64,000 nt of DNA from an uncultured Chloroflexia bacterium. Its GTDB lineage: Bacteria > Chloroflexota > Anaerolineae > JAAYZQ01. Shown one piece after another: positions 31,793-42,667 of this stretch. The stretch is from positions 1,344,001 through 1,408,000 of the forward strand of contig CAVOXA010000010.1 in the NCBI GenBank assembly GCA_963700285.1, in the 5' to 3' direction. The position numbers and the translations under genes were made by a program. The notes under the pieces are model-generated. The model was not told the origin of the DNA and searched no databases. It saw only the letters and a program-made list of their open reading frames with translations. The first letter of the stretch is position 1, and every line of letters begins with the position of its first letter.

Positions 31793-33079
31793 CTACTCTG
31801 CATCCTGGAGAGATTGCGTCTGCCTTTCGGCGCGGCGGGAGGCGAGCAGCACCACGAGCGCGGTCAGCAAGGCGCTGGCACCTACGGCGACGGCAACTAC
31901 GGCCGCGGTTTCCTTTTGCACCAAGACCAACGTAAAGAGCGCCGCGAACAATGGCGCCTTCAAAGCGGCAACAAGTGCGCCCGCCATCGTCGCTGCGACG
32001 GTTACCGCAACTGGAATACCGGGAAAAAGAAGATCCAATGCCAGGCCCAGGGCGATGCTGGCAAACATGATGGGGAAGATGTAACCGCCTTTCCAGCCTG
32101 TGGAGAGTACCAGGGACGTGGCGAACAGTTTGGAAAACCCCAACACGATCAGCATCACCACGCCGATCTCCGCCGCATGGGCGATCAACTCGGCCGTTTC
32201 TGACTCGCCCGAGAAGAGCGTAAGCGGCAAGAGGGCGCCGATGATCCCCATGCCCAGACCGCCGAGTAACCCGCGCAGCACTACGCGCTCCTTCATGGCC
32301 TGAAAGAGTTTTTGCAAGCGCCTGAGCAAGAGCATGAACAATAACCCGACCAGACCACCGACTACGCCCAGCGGTACAGCGACAGCCATATCCACCAGTC
32401 GGGGAGCATACTCCGGGAACTTGTACAACGTCTCGAAAAAAGCCCCGCTGAACAAGACAAAGACCACCGTTGACACGGCCGAGGCCAGCAGGCTGGGAAA
32501 AAGCGCCCAGAAATAGAGGGTCGGTCCCGTCACTCCGCCTTGGGCTGACTCCAAACCCAGCAGCGCCCCGCCGAACGGATTGGTGATAAAGGCAGCCAGC
32601 ATGCCGCTCAAGCCGCCGTAGCCCATCGCGCGCGTCTGCTTATCGTCGAGCTTGAGTCGATCTGAAGCCCAGGTCCCAATCCCACCGCAGGCATCGGCCA
32701 GGGGCGCCTCAGGCCCCAGGCTGGCGCCGGCGACGAGGGATACCAAGGCGGTAACGACGATCCCGGGGGAGTGACGATAGTCAAAGCGCCCCGTCTTGCC
32801 GAATTCGAGCATGAGGTCGGCAAAAATCGCGTTGTGATCCCCAAAGATCTTGACCAGGAGACCGACCAGTAGGCCGCCGAGAGAACAGACAATGATAGTA
32901 AAGAGGCGAGGATCCATGCCCAGCGCCTGTGCGGCTTCCGTCCACAGCACATGCGTACCTTGGTGGACGAGGGCGATGAAGGCAAAAGTCACCACGGCGC
33001 TGATTACGCCCAACAAGGCTACCAGCGCCATGAGTTTGACATAGGGTCCCGGTCTGGCTTGTGGGTCGATCATGGTCAC
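31793..33079 (-). CDS. ClC family chloride channel/H+ antiporter (no CBS domain)
   Basis: GASLGPEAP gating-Glu motif; GGYIFP. Confidence 0.88.
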   Translation of the reverse strand: MTMIDPQARPGPYVKLMALVALLGVISAVVTFAFIALVHQGTHVLWTEAAQALGMDPRLFTIIVCSLGGLLVGLLVKIFGDHNAIFADLMLEFGKTGRFDYRHSPGIVVTALVSLVAGASLGPEAPLADACGGIGTWASDRLKLDDKQTRAMGYGGLSGMLAAFITNPFGGALLGLESAQGGVTGPTLYFWALFPSLLASAVSTVVFVLFSGAFFETLYKFPEYAPRLVDMAVAVPLGVVGGLVGLLFMLLLRRLQKLFQAMKERVVLRGLLGGLGMGIIGALLPLTLFSGESETAELIAHAAEIGVVMLIVLGFSKLFATSLVLSTGWKGGYIFPIMFASIALGLALDLLFPGIPVAVTVAATMAGALVAALKAPLFAALFTLVLVQKETAAVVAVAVGASALLTALVVLLASRRAERQTQSLQDAE

Positions 33080-33117
33080 GCCTCCTGCTTCTGGGCCGTG
33101 AACGCCTCTTCGGTGAG

Positions 33118-33149
33118 GAGCCCCTGGGCGCGCTCAGGCCCAGGGGCTC
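33118..33149. terminator. Intergenic stem-loop
   Basis: 12-bp stem gagcccctgggc / gcccaggggctc. Confidence 0.45.
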
Positions 33150-33229
33150 TAAATGGTAGAAAGGAACGTATCGAGTGTCAGGATATTGCCTCCTGTTTGC
33201 GCGAACAAGTTCGCCCTTGATCAGCGCAG

Positions 33230-33916
33230 TCATGCGTTCGCTTGTTGATTGCGCCCTGGCCGCCAGCGTATGCCCACCAGTGGGTAGACCAGCAGTAGAA
33301 CAGTTTGGAGCAGGTACAAGCCGATGGCTACAGCCGGCACGATGAGCGCCAATGCAACAGCAATGGAGTTCACGCCGATGGAGATCCAACGCTGCTTGGT
33401 GATCCGTCGCAAGGCTTCATCCGTGACGTCGTCCGCCACCAGGGATGGCTCCCGGGTGATGTAGCGGATGAGAAGACTGAGCGTTACGGTCGCGAGGAGA
33501 AAGTTGATGCCGTACACAAACACCGCGACACCAACGTTTGGACTGGACAGGTGCGTGACCATAAGTGTTGTCGTGAAGGGCAGGAGGGCGACGAGCAGCA
33601 ACAGCAGCAGGTTCACTCCGTTGGCAACGGTGTCCCCGCGCTTCATGAGCTTGGTCAGCCCAGAGTGCGTCAACCAGATGCCGCCAATGAAGGCGAAACT
33701 CATAATATAGCCGAGAAAGTCGGGCCATGCTTCCAGCAATGCCGGGATCAGAGGAACATCTGGAGGCGGAACGGGGAGCTCGAGTACCAGCAGCGTGATG
33801 GCGATGGCAAAGACGCCGTCAGAAAACGCGCTAAACCGGTCTTTTGCCGGATACAAGCCCACCTCTGACGGCTTGGTGCCGTTGCTTTCGGAAAGTTGCA
33901 TCGTTTCGTTGTGCAT
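33230..33916 (-). CDS. TMEM175 (DUF1211) K+ channel
   Basis: RFSAFSDGVFAIAITLL signature. Confidence 0.9.
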   Translation of the reverse strand: MHNETMQLSESNGTKPSEVGLYPAKDRFSAFSDGVFAIAITLLVLELPVPPPDVPLIPALLEAWPDFLGYIMSFAFIGGIWLTHSGLTKLMKRGDTVANGVNLLLLLLVALLPFTTTLMVTHLSSPNVGVAVFVYGINFLLATVTLSLLIRYITREPSLVADDVTDEALRRITKQRWISIGVNSIAVALALIVPAVAIGLYLLQTVLLLVYPLVGIRWRPGRNQQANA

Positions 33917-33955
33917 GATTGCCTTCCTGTCAGATAAAGGATGTGGCTGAAGTTG

Positions 33956-35692
33956 CTATGTTTCTGCCGATTGGCTGAGTTCATTCTCGATAGAGCGCAC
34001 GGCTGCATCCACGGTTGAAAATAGATGATCGGCGCCGATCACATCGAGCAAACCAGTCTTTGCGCTGAACGCCAACACGGCATCTTGTACCTCGGCGAAA
34101 TAGGTCAAGATCCCTTGATTGTGTAGCTTCTTGACGAGGCTTTCCAGCATGTTGGAACTGGTGATATCCAGCCCACTCTGTACCGCGGCGTCAAAGAGCA
34201 CGGCCGTCACCGGTTGGTCCGACTCCTTGATCATGTCCATTACCTTGTCGCGGACCGTCAAAGCATTGGCATAGTAGATCGGCGCGTCAAGCCGCAAGAT
34301 GAGTACGCCAGGCACGGGCACGCTCTCAGGATGGCGGGCGACGGCCGAGTATGCTCCGGCAGCATCAGGCGCTTTCCCCAAACGAGACAGATGCGGACGG
34401 CTGGATCGATAGACGATGAGCAGCAGCGCACTCACCAGCCCGACGAGCATGCCTTGCAGCACCCCGATAAAGATCACGCCGGCAAACGTCAGCAGACCCA
34501 GCGCGAATTCCGGGCGCGATACAAGGCGCGCGCGCTGCAACTTGCGCGACGCGACAATGTGCCACAGGGCATGAAGGATCAGGGCTGCCAGTATCGTTTC
34601 GGGCAAGTTCGTAAAGAGCGGCGTGAGGAATAACAGCGTCAGTATCACCGCGACCCAGGCGACGAGGCCCACAACCTGAGATCGCCCGCCGGCGCCATCA
34701 TTCACGGCCGAAGGCGCCATACTGCCGCCCGCAATCTGTCCGCCAAACAGGCCACTGGCGAGATTAATGACGGCGGAGGCATTCAGTTCCTGATTCGGCT
34801 CAATCTCATAATCGTGCTCGTCTGCATATTGATGCTCAACGCCCAGCGTTTGGCTGAAGGCGACGAGCAAGACCCCGATCGCCGGCACGATCATGAGCGG
34901 CAGCGCCGTCCAGGACACAGCCGGCAAGCCAAAAGAGGGCAGGCCTTTGGGCAAAACACCGACGACCTCTACGCCATAGTTGGCGCTCAGGTTGAGAGCC
35001 GCGCTCAGGACAATCGAGCCGAACAAAACGATCAGTCCGGCTGGTATCTTTTTGTTCCAGCGTGGTATTAGAATCAAGAGTGCCAGCGCGCCTGCCCCCA
35101 GGGCAAAGGTGACCCAATTGGCCTCCGGCAATTCACGCAGAATGCCAAAAAACTTTTGCACCGTATTGCCCGCAGGTTTCTCCACACCGAAGAGCTTGTT
35201 GAGCTGCCCGACCATGACAAACACGGCCAGGCCGGTCACAAACCCATCCAATACCGGTTTGGACAGAAACTGGGTGATGAAACCAAGGCGCGCAAGGCCG
35301 GCGACCAGAAATACCGCGCCGACAACCAGGGTAAAGGCAACGGCATACTGTTGGTACATCGCTGGATCGATGTCCGCCCCGCTGGCGACGATCCCGGCCG
35401 CGACCATGACCGCGGTCACCGACGAAGCGATCAGGGCGGCCGTGGCCGAAGTCGGCTGGACAATGAGGTGACGCGATGTCCCTAGTACGGCGTACAGGAG
35501 CAGCGAAACCACGAGGGTGTAGAGGCCAAACTGGGGCGGCAGGCCGGCAACGCCGGCGTAGGCCATGGATTCAGGCACGATCAATCCCCACACGGTCAGC
35601 CCGGCGATGGCGTCCGCGCTCAGCCAACTGCGATCGTAGGCGGGCAACCATGATAGGATTGGAATACTGCGTTTGAGCCAGGAAGTTTCCAT
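33956..35692 (-). CDS. SulP family anion transporter with STAS domain (copy 2)
   Basis: ADAIAGLTV, PESMAYA, NQEL, DAPIYYANA, LDITS. Confidence 0.92.
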   Translation of the reverse strand: METSWLKRSIPILSWLPAYDRSWLSADAIAGLTVWGLIVPESMAYAGVAGLPPQFGLYTLVVSLLLYAVLGTSRHLIVQPTSATAALIASSVTAVMVAAGIVASGADIDPAMYQQYAVAFTLVVGAVFLVAGLARLGFITQFLSKPVLDGFVTGLAVFVMVGQLNKLFGVEKPAGNTVQKFFGILRELPEANWVTFALGAGALALLILIPRWNKKIPAGLIVLFGSIVLSAALNLSANYGVEVVGVLPKGLPSFGLPAVSWTALPLMIVPAIGVLLVAFSQTLGVEHQYADEHDYEIEPNQELNASAVINLASGLFGGQIAGGSMAPSAVNDGAGGRSQVVGLVAWVAVILTLLFLTPLFTNLPETILAALILHALWHIVASRKLQRARLVSRPEFALGLLTFAGVIFIGVLQGMLVGLVSALLLIVYRSSRPHLSRLGKAPDAAGAYSAVARHPESVPVPGVLILRLDAPIYYANALTVRDKVMDMIKESDQPVTAVLFDAAVQSGLDITSSNMLESLVKKLHNQGILTYFAEVQDAVLAFSAKTGLLDVIGADHLFSTVDAAVRSIENELSQSAET

Positions 35693-35744
35693 CGAGATCA
35701 CTCCTTTACTTGGTACTCGCGCTCATCAATCTTCTGGGTGCTTC

Positions 35745-35833
35745 GTATGTTCTCAACAATCCGGCGGAGGGCGGGTTGTGTACCGGCGGCTTCACCGCCC
35801 GTACACAACCCACTCCATTCTTTGAGAAGATAC
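35745..35833. repeat. Palindromic MITE/REP-like element (GGGTTGTGT family), copy 1
   Basis: Outer IR gtatgttctcaa / ttgagaagatac; inner gggttgtgtaccggcgg / ccgcccgtacacaaccc; homologue at ~55955-56035. Confidence 0.7.
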
Positions 35834-35871
35834 CGCCATCTTGAGCAGTCTGGCAGTAGCGAGTGATTGCG

Positions 35872-36702
35872 CTAGGAATTGGTTGCGTCGGCCTCGCCAG
35901 ACGCTTCATCCTCTTCGGCAATGGCGACGACGTCGGCGATAGCGGCGCCTTCAGCCGTGATCACGCCTTCTTCGACCGCTACACCCTCTGCGGTCGCCGC
36001 AGCGACCTCATAGGCAGCGCCGTCAGCCGTGATCACAGCCGCGCCGACAACCACTGCATCGTCAGTGAGCACTGCGCCCACGACTTCGACGCTCTCCGCG
36101 TCGGCGGCGATTTCCTTGATAGCGAGCCCTTCCTCGCTCAGGAGCAAACCGATGGCCACGCTCTTGCCCTCTCCGAGACGCTCCGAGAGTTCGGCGGCCA
36201 GATTGCTGACGGTCGCACGGATATTCTCGATGGGCACCTGCTGCTGCACCGCTTTCAGGAAATCATGGCTGGTAATGGCGGCGACGGCAGAGGTTCCCGG
36301 CTGCAAGGCCACGCCGACCGTATTCAGGCTTTCGTTCCTAAAGCCTGAATCTCGATGTGCTGCTGCGGCGCCAATGGCTGCTCCGGCGCTGGCGCCAAGC
36401 GCGACACCCGCCGGTCCGCCCAGAATGCCCAGAACGCCGCCGACAAGCGCGCCAACGCCAGCGCCTTTACCGGTGCTCATGTCACCTGTCTCGTGATAAT
36501 GGACCTTGCCTTGGGCATCCTGCTTGATGACAGCGGCATCTTCGAAGTAGAACTGCTGTTGTTTCTTGGCGTCTTTCATCGCATCCAGCGCCTGGTCAGC
36601 GGCGTTTTCATCGGTAAACGCTACCACCAGGAATCCGACGGCGGGCACGGCCTCCGGTGCTGCATCCTGCGGTGTTGCGGTCTGCTGGTCTGAATCGCTC
36701 AT
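35872..36702 (-). CDS. DUF1269 family protein with acidic C-terminal extension
   Basis: EDAAVIK, glycine zipper GAGVGALVGGVLG, LQPGTSA. Confidence 0.8.
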   Translation of the reverse strand: MSDSDQQTATPQDAAPEAVPAVGFLVVAFTDENAADQALDAMKDAKKQQQFYFEDAAVIKQDAQGKVHYHETGDMSTGKGAGVGALVGGVLGILGGPAGVALGASAGAAIGAAAAHRDSGFRNESLNTVGVALQPGTSAVAAITSHDFLKAVQQQVPIENIRATVSNLAAELSERLGEGKSVAIGLLLSEEGLAIKEIAADAESVEVVGAVLTDDAVVVGAAVITADGAAYEVAAATAEGVAVEEGVITAEGAAIADVVAIAEEDEASGEADATNS

Positions 36703-36823
36703 GATAATTCTCCTTGATTGAATGATGGTTGGTTTTCCACGAATGCTCAATCTTTCAAGCCTTTCGTGCATTGAAGGTTGGAAATCCACTTTCTGAAACG
36801 GAGAAGCGGCGTTTCACCTGTTG

Positions 36824-37657
36824 TTATTGATCGGCGCGCTCTTGAAGCGCTTCGCCTGCTGCAGCGGTCGCTTCGCCTACACCCATCTCTTCGGCGCCAG
36901 CGGCGATTTCGGCCACACCGGCCTCGGCGGCTTCTCTGGCCACAGCGCCTGCGACAGCAGCCGTTGCCAATTCGTCGACGCCCTGGGCGGCCAACAAATC
37001 ACTTGCCATCGCCAGTTCCTCACTGCGCTCGGCGGCTGCGTCGGCCACGGCCATCCGCACCATACCCTCGTTGATCTCGTCCTCGCCCATGGCTTCGATG
37101 TCTTCGCCCGTCTCCTCCATCGCGCCGGCCAGTGCTCGTGTGCCGACCGCACGCAGCAGTTGATCGACGGCGATCTCTTGCAGGCGCATGCCACGCATTT
37201 CCAGGAATGCGGCCAGCACCGGCATCTCCAACAGATCGGCCAGATCGGACACCGTCGACATCTCGCCGGCCATCCGCGCCAGTTCCATGCCACGGTCCAG
37301 ATCGTCCCAACTCATCAGACCGACGAGCGCGCCCATCGCGCGCACGTCGCCGCCCTTCAGCAGCATGTCGACACCTTCCGTCACGTCCACCACGCCGGCT
37401 TCGCCGACGATGTCGCTCAACTGCTGCATGCGTTCGGCCGCTACCGCGGCATCGACCGATCGGGTCAGGTCACTGGCGCCGGCCGCGACTTCGGCCACGC
37501 CGACTGCGACGGCGGCTCTCGCCACCTCCAAATCTTGCGCGCCTTCGACCATGCCGGCAGCACCTTCGACTTCGGCGATCGTGCCGACGACTTCCAGTTC
37601 TTCGCCGGTCTCGGCCAACTTTGCCTTACTTACAGATACACGTTGTGACTTTGCCAT
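36824..37657 (-). CDS. Hypothetical Ala/Glu-rich helical protein
   Basis: 277-aa ORF with RBS ggagg and gene-like codon usage; no aromatic-rich catalytic motif recognised. Confidence 0.75.
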   Translation of the reverse strand: MAKSQRVSVSKAKLAETGEELEVVGTIAEVEGAAGMVEGAQDLEVARAAVAVGVAEVAAGASDLTRSVDAAVAAERMQQLSDIVGEAGVVDVTEGVDMLLKGGDVRAMGALVGLMSWDDLDRGMELARMAGEMSTVSDLADLLEMPVLAAFLEMRGMRLQEIAVDQLLRAVGTRALAGAMEETGEDIEAMGEDEINEGMVRMAVADAAAERSEELAMASDLLAAQGVDELATAAVAGAVAREAAEAGVAEIAAGAEEMGVGEATAAAGEALQERADQ

Positions 37658-37775
37658 TGGATTTGCCTCCTGAGTGAAACTGAGTGAATTGAGTGGGCTA
37701 AATGCCCGTTATTGCAAGCATGTCAGCGCTGGTTTCAGATGTTACCTCCTTTGCCTGGGTTGGCGCTGCCGCGTC

Positions 37776-37871
37776 CTACTCCCGGGCGGTTACATACAGC
37801 CCCAGGCTGGTCACTTTTCCTTCACGCACCTGGTGGCTGGAATGTGGGGTGGATATTTCAACAGTGTTCAT
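37776..37871 (-). pseudogene. Truncated duplicate of the rhodanese N-terminus (31 codons)
   Basis: MNTVEISTPHSSHQVREGKVTSLGLYVTARE* versus MSTVEITTPHSSHQVREGKVTSLGLYVTARE at 39472. Confidence 0.85.
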
Positions 37872-37894
37872 CTACCTTCTCCCTGGAGGTGCAG

Positions 37895-38788
37895 TTACTT
37901 CGCTTGTACAGCCGGCGCATCCGGCGATACTTCCGGCGCCGCCGTCTCACCGCGTGAGCCCAACCACTTGGCCGTCGATATCAAGATTATCGGTAAGACA
38001 ATGGACGCCACCAGCACAAATGGGAGCGCATTCGTGTTGGCAAAGTTTGCCAGGGTGACGACAAGGGCAGCCGACACATTGCGCTGCGCCGTGCCCAGGC
38101 CCGTTACATTGCGGACGCCTGGATCTCGGCCGCCAATCGCAAAGCCGATCAGTAGACTAACAAAGATAAAGAGCAGCAGCGCCAGGAAGCCCCACGAGCC
38201 GATCAGGCTGATTACGTTGGAGGCATTCAGCCCCAGCCCGACCACCAGCAGGATCAGGATTCCCAGGCCGCCGATCTTGTTCATTACCGGCTGCCAGTTT
38301 TTGGCCGTGTCGGGCGCGTGTGACTTGACCAGCAGGCCCAGTATCAGCGGGATCAGCATCAGCACGATCAGCGACTTGGCAATAGCCGGCGCATCCACGT
38401 CAATGCCCTGCAGGAGCAGCGGTAGTACCAGGGGTAGGAAGAAAATGGTCACGACCATCAGGAGGGTCATCAACCCGACGGCAAGGGCCAGGTTGGCCTT
38501 GGCGCCTTGCGCCTCCAGGACCAGGAAGGGCGCGCCTGCGGAACAGGCCAGGATCATCAATCCGATCTTGAGCGAATCTTCGAGCGGGAGGATCCGCGAG
38601 ATCCCATAGGCGAGGAGAGGTACCAGCACAAAGTTGGCCAGCAGCGCCAGGATCACCAGGCGCGCATTCTTCAACGGTTGGACGATCTGGGACAGGGTCA
38701 GGCCCAGGCCCATTGCCAACATGCTGCCCACGATGCCGAGCAGACCGGACACCTGGGCAATGATGGTCAACAACTCATTACCGGTCAT
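37895..38788 (-). CDS. Bile acid:sodium symporter (BASS) family
   Basis: MLAMGLGL, ANFVLVP, AGAPF, GTAQRNVSAA. Confidence 0.9.
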   Translation of the reverse strand: MTGNELLTIIAQVSGLLGIVGSMLAMGLGLTLSQIVQPLKNARLVILALLANFVLVPLLAYGISRILPLEDSLKIGLMILACSAGAPFLVLEAQGAKANLALAVGLMTLLMVVTIFFLPLVLPLLLQGIDVDAPAIAKSLIVLMLIPLILGLLVKSHAPDTAKNWQPVMNKIGGLGILILLVVGLGLNASNVISLIGSWGFLALLLFIFVSLLIGFAIGGRDPGVRNVTGLGTAQRNVSAALVVTLANFANTNALPFVLVASIVLPIILISTAKWLGSRGETAAPEVSPDAPAVQAK

Positions 38789-38834
38789 GATCTATCCTCC
38801 TTGATTTCCAGCTCGCGGGAGCACGGAACATAGT

Positions 38835-38881
38835 TGGTTCGAGCCGTGCAAGCCCGTCGAGGGCTTGCACGGCTCGAACCA
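38835..38881. repeat. Perfect 21-bp-stem hairpin between rhodanese and BASS genes
   Basis: tggttcgagccgtgcaagccc-gtcga-gggcttgcacggctcgaacca. Confidence 0.8.
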
Positions 38882-38902
38882 GTAAAAAGGGCCGGATCGA
38901 GA

Positions 38903-39472
38903 TTACAGGTCCAGGGTATTGCTGAGTATTTCCAGCTCTGCCTCAGACGGAAGCCAGACCAGCTCGGGGTCGAGATCGTAGGTCCATGGAGCTGAGTTCT
39001 TCCACCCGTTCCGCATTCGTTTGCCGTGATAGACGCTTTCGGGGTCTTCCACCTTGTCCCCTTCAAAGCCATCAATGATGTTGTACAGGTTCGTAAAGCC
39101 GGCCTTGGCCAGCGCATTGATCGCCATGGCGCTGCGATCGCCCGACCGGCAGTGGACCAGGATCGTTTCATCCGGCTTGAAACGCTCTTTTACATGAGCG
39201 ATGAAATCGGCATTGATCACCACAGAATAGTTGCCCTTGCCGGCATCCCAAGTGTAGGTGGGGAAGGCCAGCGGAATGTTCGCCGCCATCTCCGCATGGC
39301 CGATCAGTACGTACTCTTCGAAGGTGCGAACGTCAAGGACCTTGACCCGCTCAGGATCGGCCTTCCACATCTCGTAGGCCTCCCGGGCGGTTACATACAG
39401 CCCCAGGCTGGTCACTTTTCCTTCACGCACCTGGTGGCTTGAATGAGGGGTGGTGATTTCAACAGTGCTCAT
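38903..39472 (-). CDS. Rhodanese-like sulfurtransferase
   Basis: LDVRT; active-site loop CRSGDRS; GFEGD...GWKN. Confidence 0.9.
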   Translation of the reverse strand: MSTVEITTPHSSHQVREGKVTSLGLYVTAREAYEMWKADPERVKVLDVRTFEEYVLIGHAEMAANIPLAFPTYTWDAGKGNYSVVINADFIAHVKERFKPDETILVHCRSGDRSAMAINALAKAGFTNLYNIIDGFEGDKVEDPESVYHGKRMRNGWKNSAPWTYDLDPELVWLPSEAELEILSNTLDL

Positions 39473-39476
39473 TTTC

Positions 39477-39621
39477 TAATCTCCTTTTTGGGTAGCCTCA
39501 ATATGCTGCACGGCTTGATCAACGGTTGAAAACAGATGGTCTGCGCCGATCAGATCGAGCAAACCAGTCTTTGCGCTATACTCCAACACCGGTTGGTGCA
39601 CCTCGGCGAAATAGGTCAAGA
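39477..39621 (-). pseudogene. Remnant SulP STAS C-terminus
   Basis: LTYFAEVHQPVLEYSAKTGLLDLIGADHLFSTVDQAV, homologous to 33986-34110 (LTYFAEVQDAVLAFSAKTGLLDVIGADHLFSTVDAAV). Confidence 0.85.
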
Positions 39622-39641
39622 GTCCTTCTCAAGGTTGCGCA

Positions 39642-40501
39642 TCAAAAGTCAGGATCCGGAAACGCTGGCTCCCGACCTTCAGTGAAGGCAAGGATGCCCT
39701 GGACACGGTCGGGATGGACTACCGAACGCCAGTGCTCATCCATCATGATCGCGATCGCCTGCTCGACAGGCTCGCCTTGCCCATTTTGAACGGCACGCTT
39801 TGACCGACTGTACCGCCGTGGGCGAGTTGTCCGCGATCTTTTCCGCGATGCTGAGCGCCGCACTCATGAGTTCGGCCCTGGGGTGGACCTCGTTGACCAT
39901 TCCAAGCCGGTACGCCTCCTGGGCGGTGATCGGTTCCCCGGTCATCAGCATCTGCATGGCCTTCCCCGGCGGGAGGACACGCGGAAGGAAGACCGGCGAG
40001 CCGCCACCGGCGGACAAGCCGACCATTGCCTCAGGCTGGCCGAAGAGGGCGTCGTCGGAGGCGATGATAAAGTCCGTGCTGATGGCCATCTCGCAGCCAC
40101 CGCCGTAGGCCATCCCGTGCACTGCGGCGAAGATCGGCCTGCGTAATTGGCGCAGCGTGTAGAGAACACGATCGAAGACCAGGCGCTGGCGCAGCCATTC
40201 CTCTTTTGTCATCTTGCTTGCGCTGGTACAGGTCGCCGCCGACGGAGAAGGCTCTGTCACCGGCTCCGGTCAGGATGGCGACGCGCACGGAGGGACGGGC
40301 CGCGATCGTCTCGAGGATCTCGATCAGTTGTGCCGCCAGTTCCGTCGTGATGGCGTTGTCGGCATGCGGCCGGTTGAGGGTGATGGTCGCCACGCGCCCG
40401 CCGGAGACGTATTCGACGAGCACGAGCTGATCAGGCTCGGCGACATCAGCCGGCGCACGGTAACCGAGCCGTTTCATTCGAGTATCTTTATTGTCAGTCA
40501 T
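39642..40501 (-). CDS. Enoyl-CoA hydratase/isomerase (frameshifted)
   Basis: ITLNRP, AFSVGGDL, GGGCE, GQPEAMVG. Confidence 0.88.
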
Positions 40502-40552
40502 GTTCTCCCTCAATGTGTTTCTTTCACGTCGTCCGTTCGAGGTGTACGGCCC

Positions 40553-41391
40553 TCAGATCCAGGTCACGTCAACAGGCTTGCGCACAGGAATTCGGTGGTA
40601 CTTTTCAGCCGGATAGCCAATCACGCACGTCGCATGCGGAATATAGCCTTCCGGCAGCTCCAAGCATCTCAATCAGAGGCGGGTAGCCTTGAGCGGCGGT
40701 GTTGATAGCTGCCGGTAAAAGTAGTTCCCAGACCGAGTCCAGGCGCTGCCAGTTGAATTTGGTGAATGGCAATCATGGCTGCCGGAGGGGCCGTCCGCTC
40801 ATCTTTCGGGGCACAGGCCATGATGATGCACGGCGCCCCCCGCGAAATGCGATCCTGACCCAACTCCCACGGCTCGACAAACAATTCCAGATTGGCTTCT
40901 TCGTAGAGTGCCGGGTTCTTTTCCTTGACGGCTTTCATCCAGTCGATGGTCATCTCGGCTATCCGGTGAACCTTCGCCGGATCGTTGATCACGACCCAGT
41001 GAATCACCTGGCGGTTCGCTCCGTTCGGCGCATAGCGGGCCACATCCAGCAACTGCAAGACCTTTTCTTTTTCGATGGGCTTGTCTGATATAGCCACGAA
41101 TGGAACGCCGCGAGATCAGGTACTGTCTGACCCGATCCCATCTGGGGATCAGATGAATATCGATCTCCTCGCAATCCTCAGGCCCCATCGAGCGCTGGTG
41201 CATGGCTCCGGTCGGACAGATGGCGACGCAGTGGCCGCAGTCAATACAGAGATCCCATCCGTTTTCGATGGGGACGGGGAAATCCTCCTTGGTAATCAGA
41301 CCGCCCGGACAGGCCCGGATGCAAGCGCCGCAGGTGATGCATAGATTCTCGTCAACTTTGATCATGGTGTCGAGTTGATAGGTTGGTTCAT
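40553..41391 (-). CDS. Nitroreductase with N-terminal 2x[4Fe-4S] ferredoxin (frameshifted)
   Basis: CITCGACIRACP, CIDCGHCVAICP, RRSIR, APNGANRQ. Confidence 0.88.
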
Positions 41392-41501
41392 CTTTCCTCC
41401 ATGTTCGATGGCATTTAGCGTCAGTATTCGTCAGTCTGCCTGCAATCTGACGCCGTGTTAGGCTTGGCCAGTCCCAGGATGCCTGTCTGCAGATTGTAAG
41501 G

Positions 41502-42667
41502 CTACCCGATTCGCGTGCCTTCTACCTCGAGCCCGCCGCCCCTCGGGAAGCTTGCTCCAGCTCGGCGCTGCCATTCCTCTTTGAGCACTTCCATCGCTGC
41601 CTGCTCCAGGAATTCCGGCGCTGCCCACTCGTCCACATCGAAGTCGTTCTTGATGTAGCCGTGGCTGAACATGAAGTCCTTGCCGATCTTGATGCACTCC
41701 AGGTTCTGCGCGCTCAGGCTCGGCACCATGTCGACGTCCTTGATGCCCTGGTAGGTGTGCTCGGCATCCAGGTAGAACGTCTGCCGGTTGAGGATGACTG
41801 CGGCGGCGTGCTTGTGCGCGTTCGCCCAGCTGCCCGACCTTGACCATGGCCTTCATGTAGGCGACGACGAGCTCGGGGTGCTCGTCGGCCATCACCTCGG
41901 TGCAGGTGATGACGGCGGGGGTGTTGGCAACCTGAATCGTCCAGTCCGGGAGCTTGGACAGGTCGAAGATGGCCTTGATTTCGCCCGTGGCCTCCGAGAG
42001 CTGTCCTAATTGTCCCATCTGGTTGTAGATGGCATCGACGGTCCCGTTCAGCAGTGCCTTCTCCAACGGACGGAAGGCATAATCGTGCTTGTGGTCGCGG
42101 CGCATCCACAGTTCCGAGGGGTTGTTCATCGGCGGCAGCAGCATCTCGGGCTTGTCATACCAGTCATCCGGGTAGGGGAACTCGACGATCTCAATATCAT
42201 CCATGGTCATGTCGTTCAGCATCAGGATATTTTCGATGCCCATGTGCTCCTGGATGCGCCACCAGTCGTTCTTGATGGTGTTGAGGCTCTTGGTGATGCC
42301 GATCTTCTTGCCCTTCAGGTCCTTCACGCGGAAGATCTTGTCGCGGGCGCGCACCTGCATCACCCCGCCCTCGTAGACCCAGGTCGCCCCCAGCAGCACG
42401 GTGCGGCGGATGTCGGCGTGGACGTGCGATCGGCGGATACAGGCCGCCGAAGCGGATCAGGTTGTCGAGGTTGTGGACATAGTGCGGGTACCAGTTGTTC
42501 TCGGGTGCGTGGCGGAAGTAGGCGTACTCGACGCCGATCTTCTTGAACTCTTCACGGCACCAGCCCAGTTCCTGGTCGACGTTGTTGGCGGATACCATGG
42601 GGCAGTTGGTGAACCACACCTCTTTCCAGTTCAATGGTACTGTGGTGGAAACTCTTTCTGTAGGCAT
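41502..42667 (-). CDS. SsuA/DszB-like substrate-binding-fold protein (desulfinase-like; frameshifted)
   Basis: WFTNCP (Cys), HYVHN, IRFGG, DLKGKKIG, DWWR resemble DszB-family motifs; no signal peptide. Confidence 0.65.

Noticed and set aside
38835-38881. Rho-independent terminator for the minus-strand operon
   Set aside because: The T-run lies 5' of the stem on the transcribed strand; kept only as an unexplained hairpin
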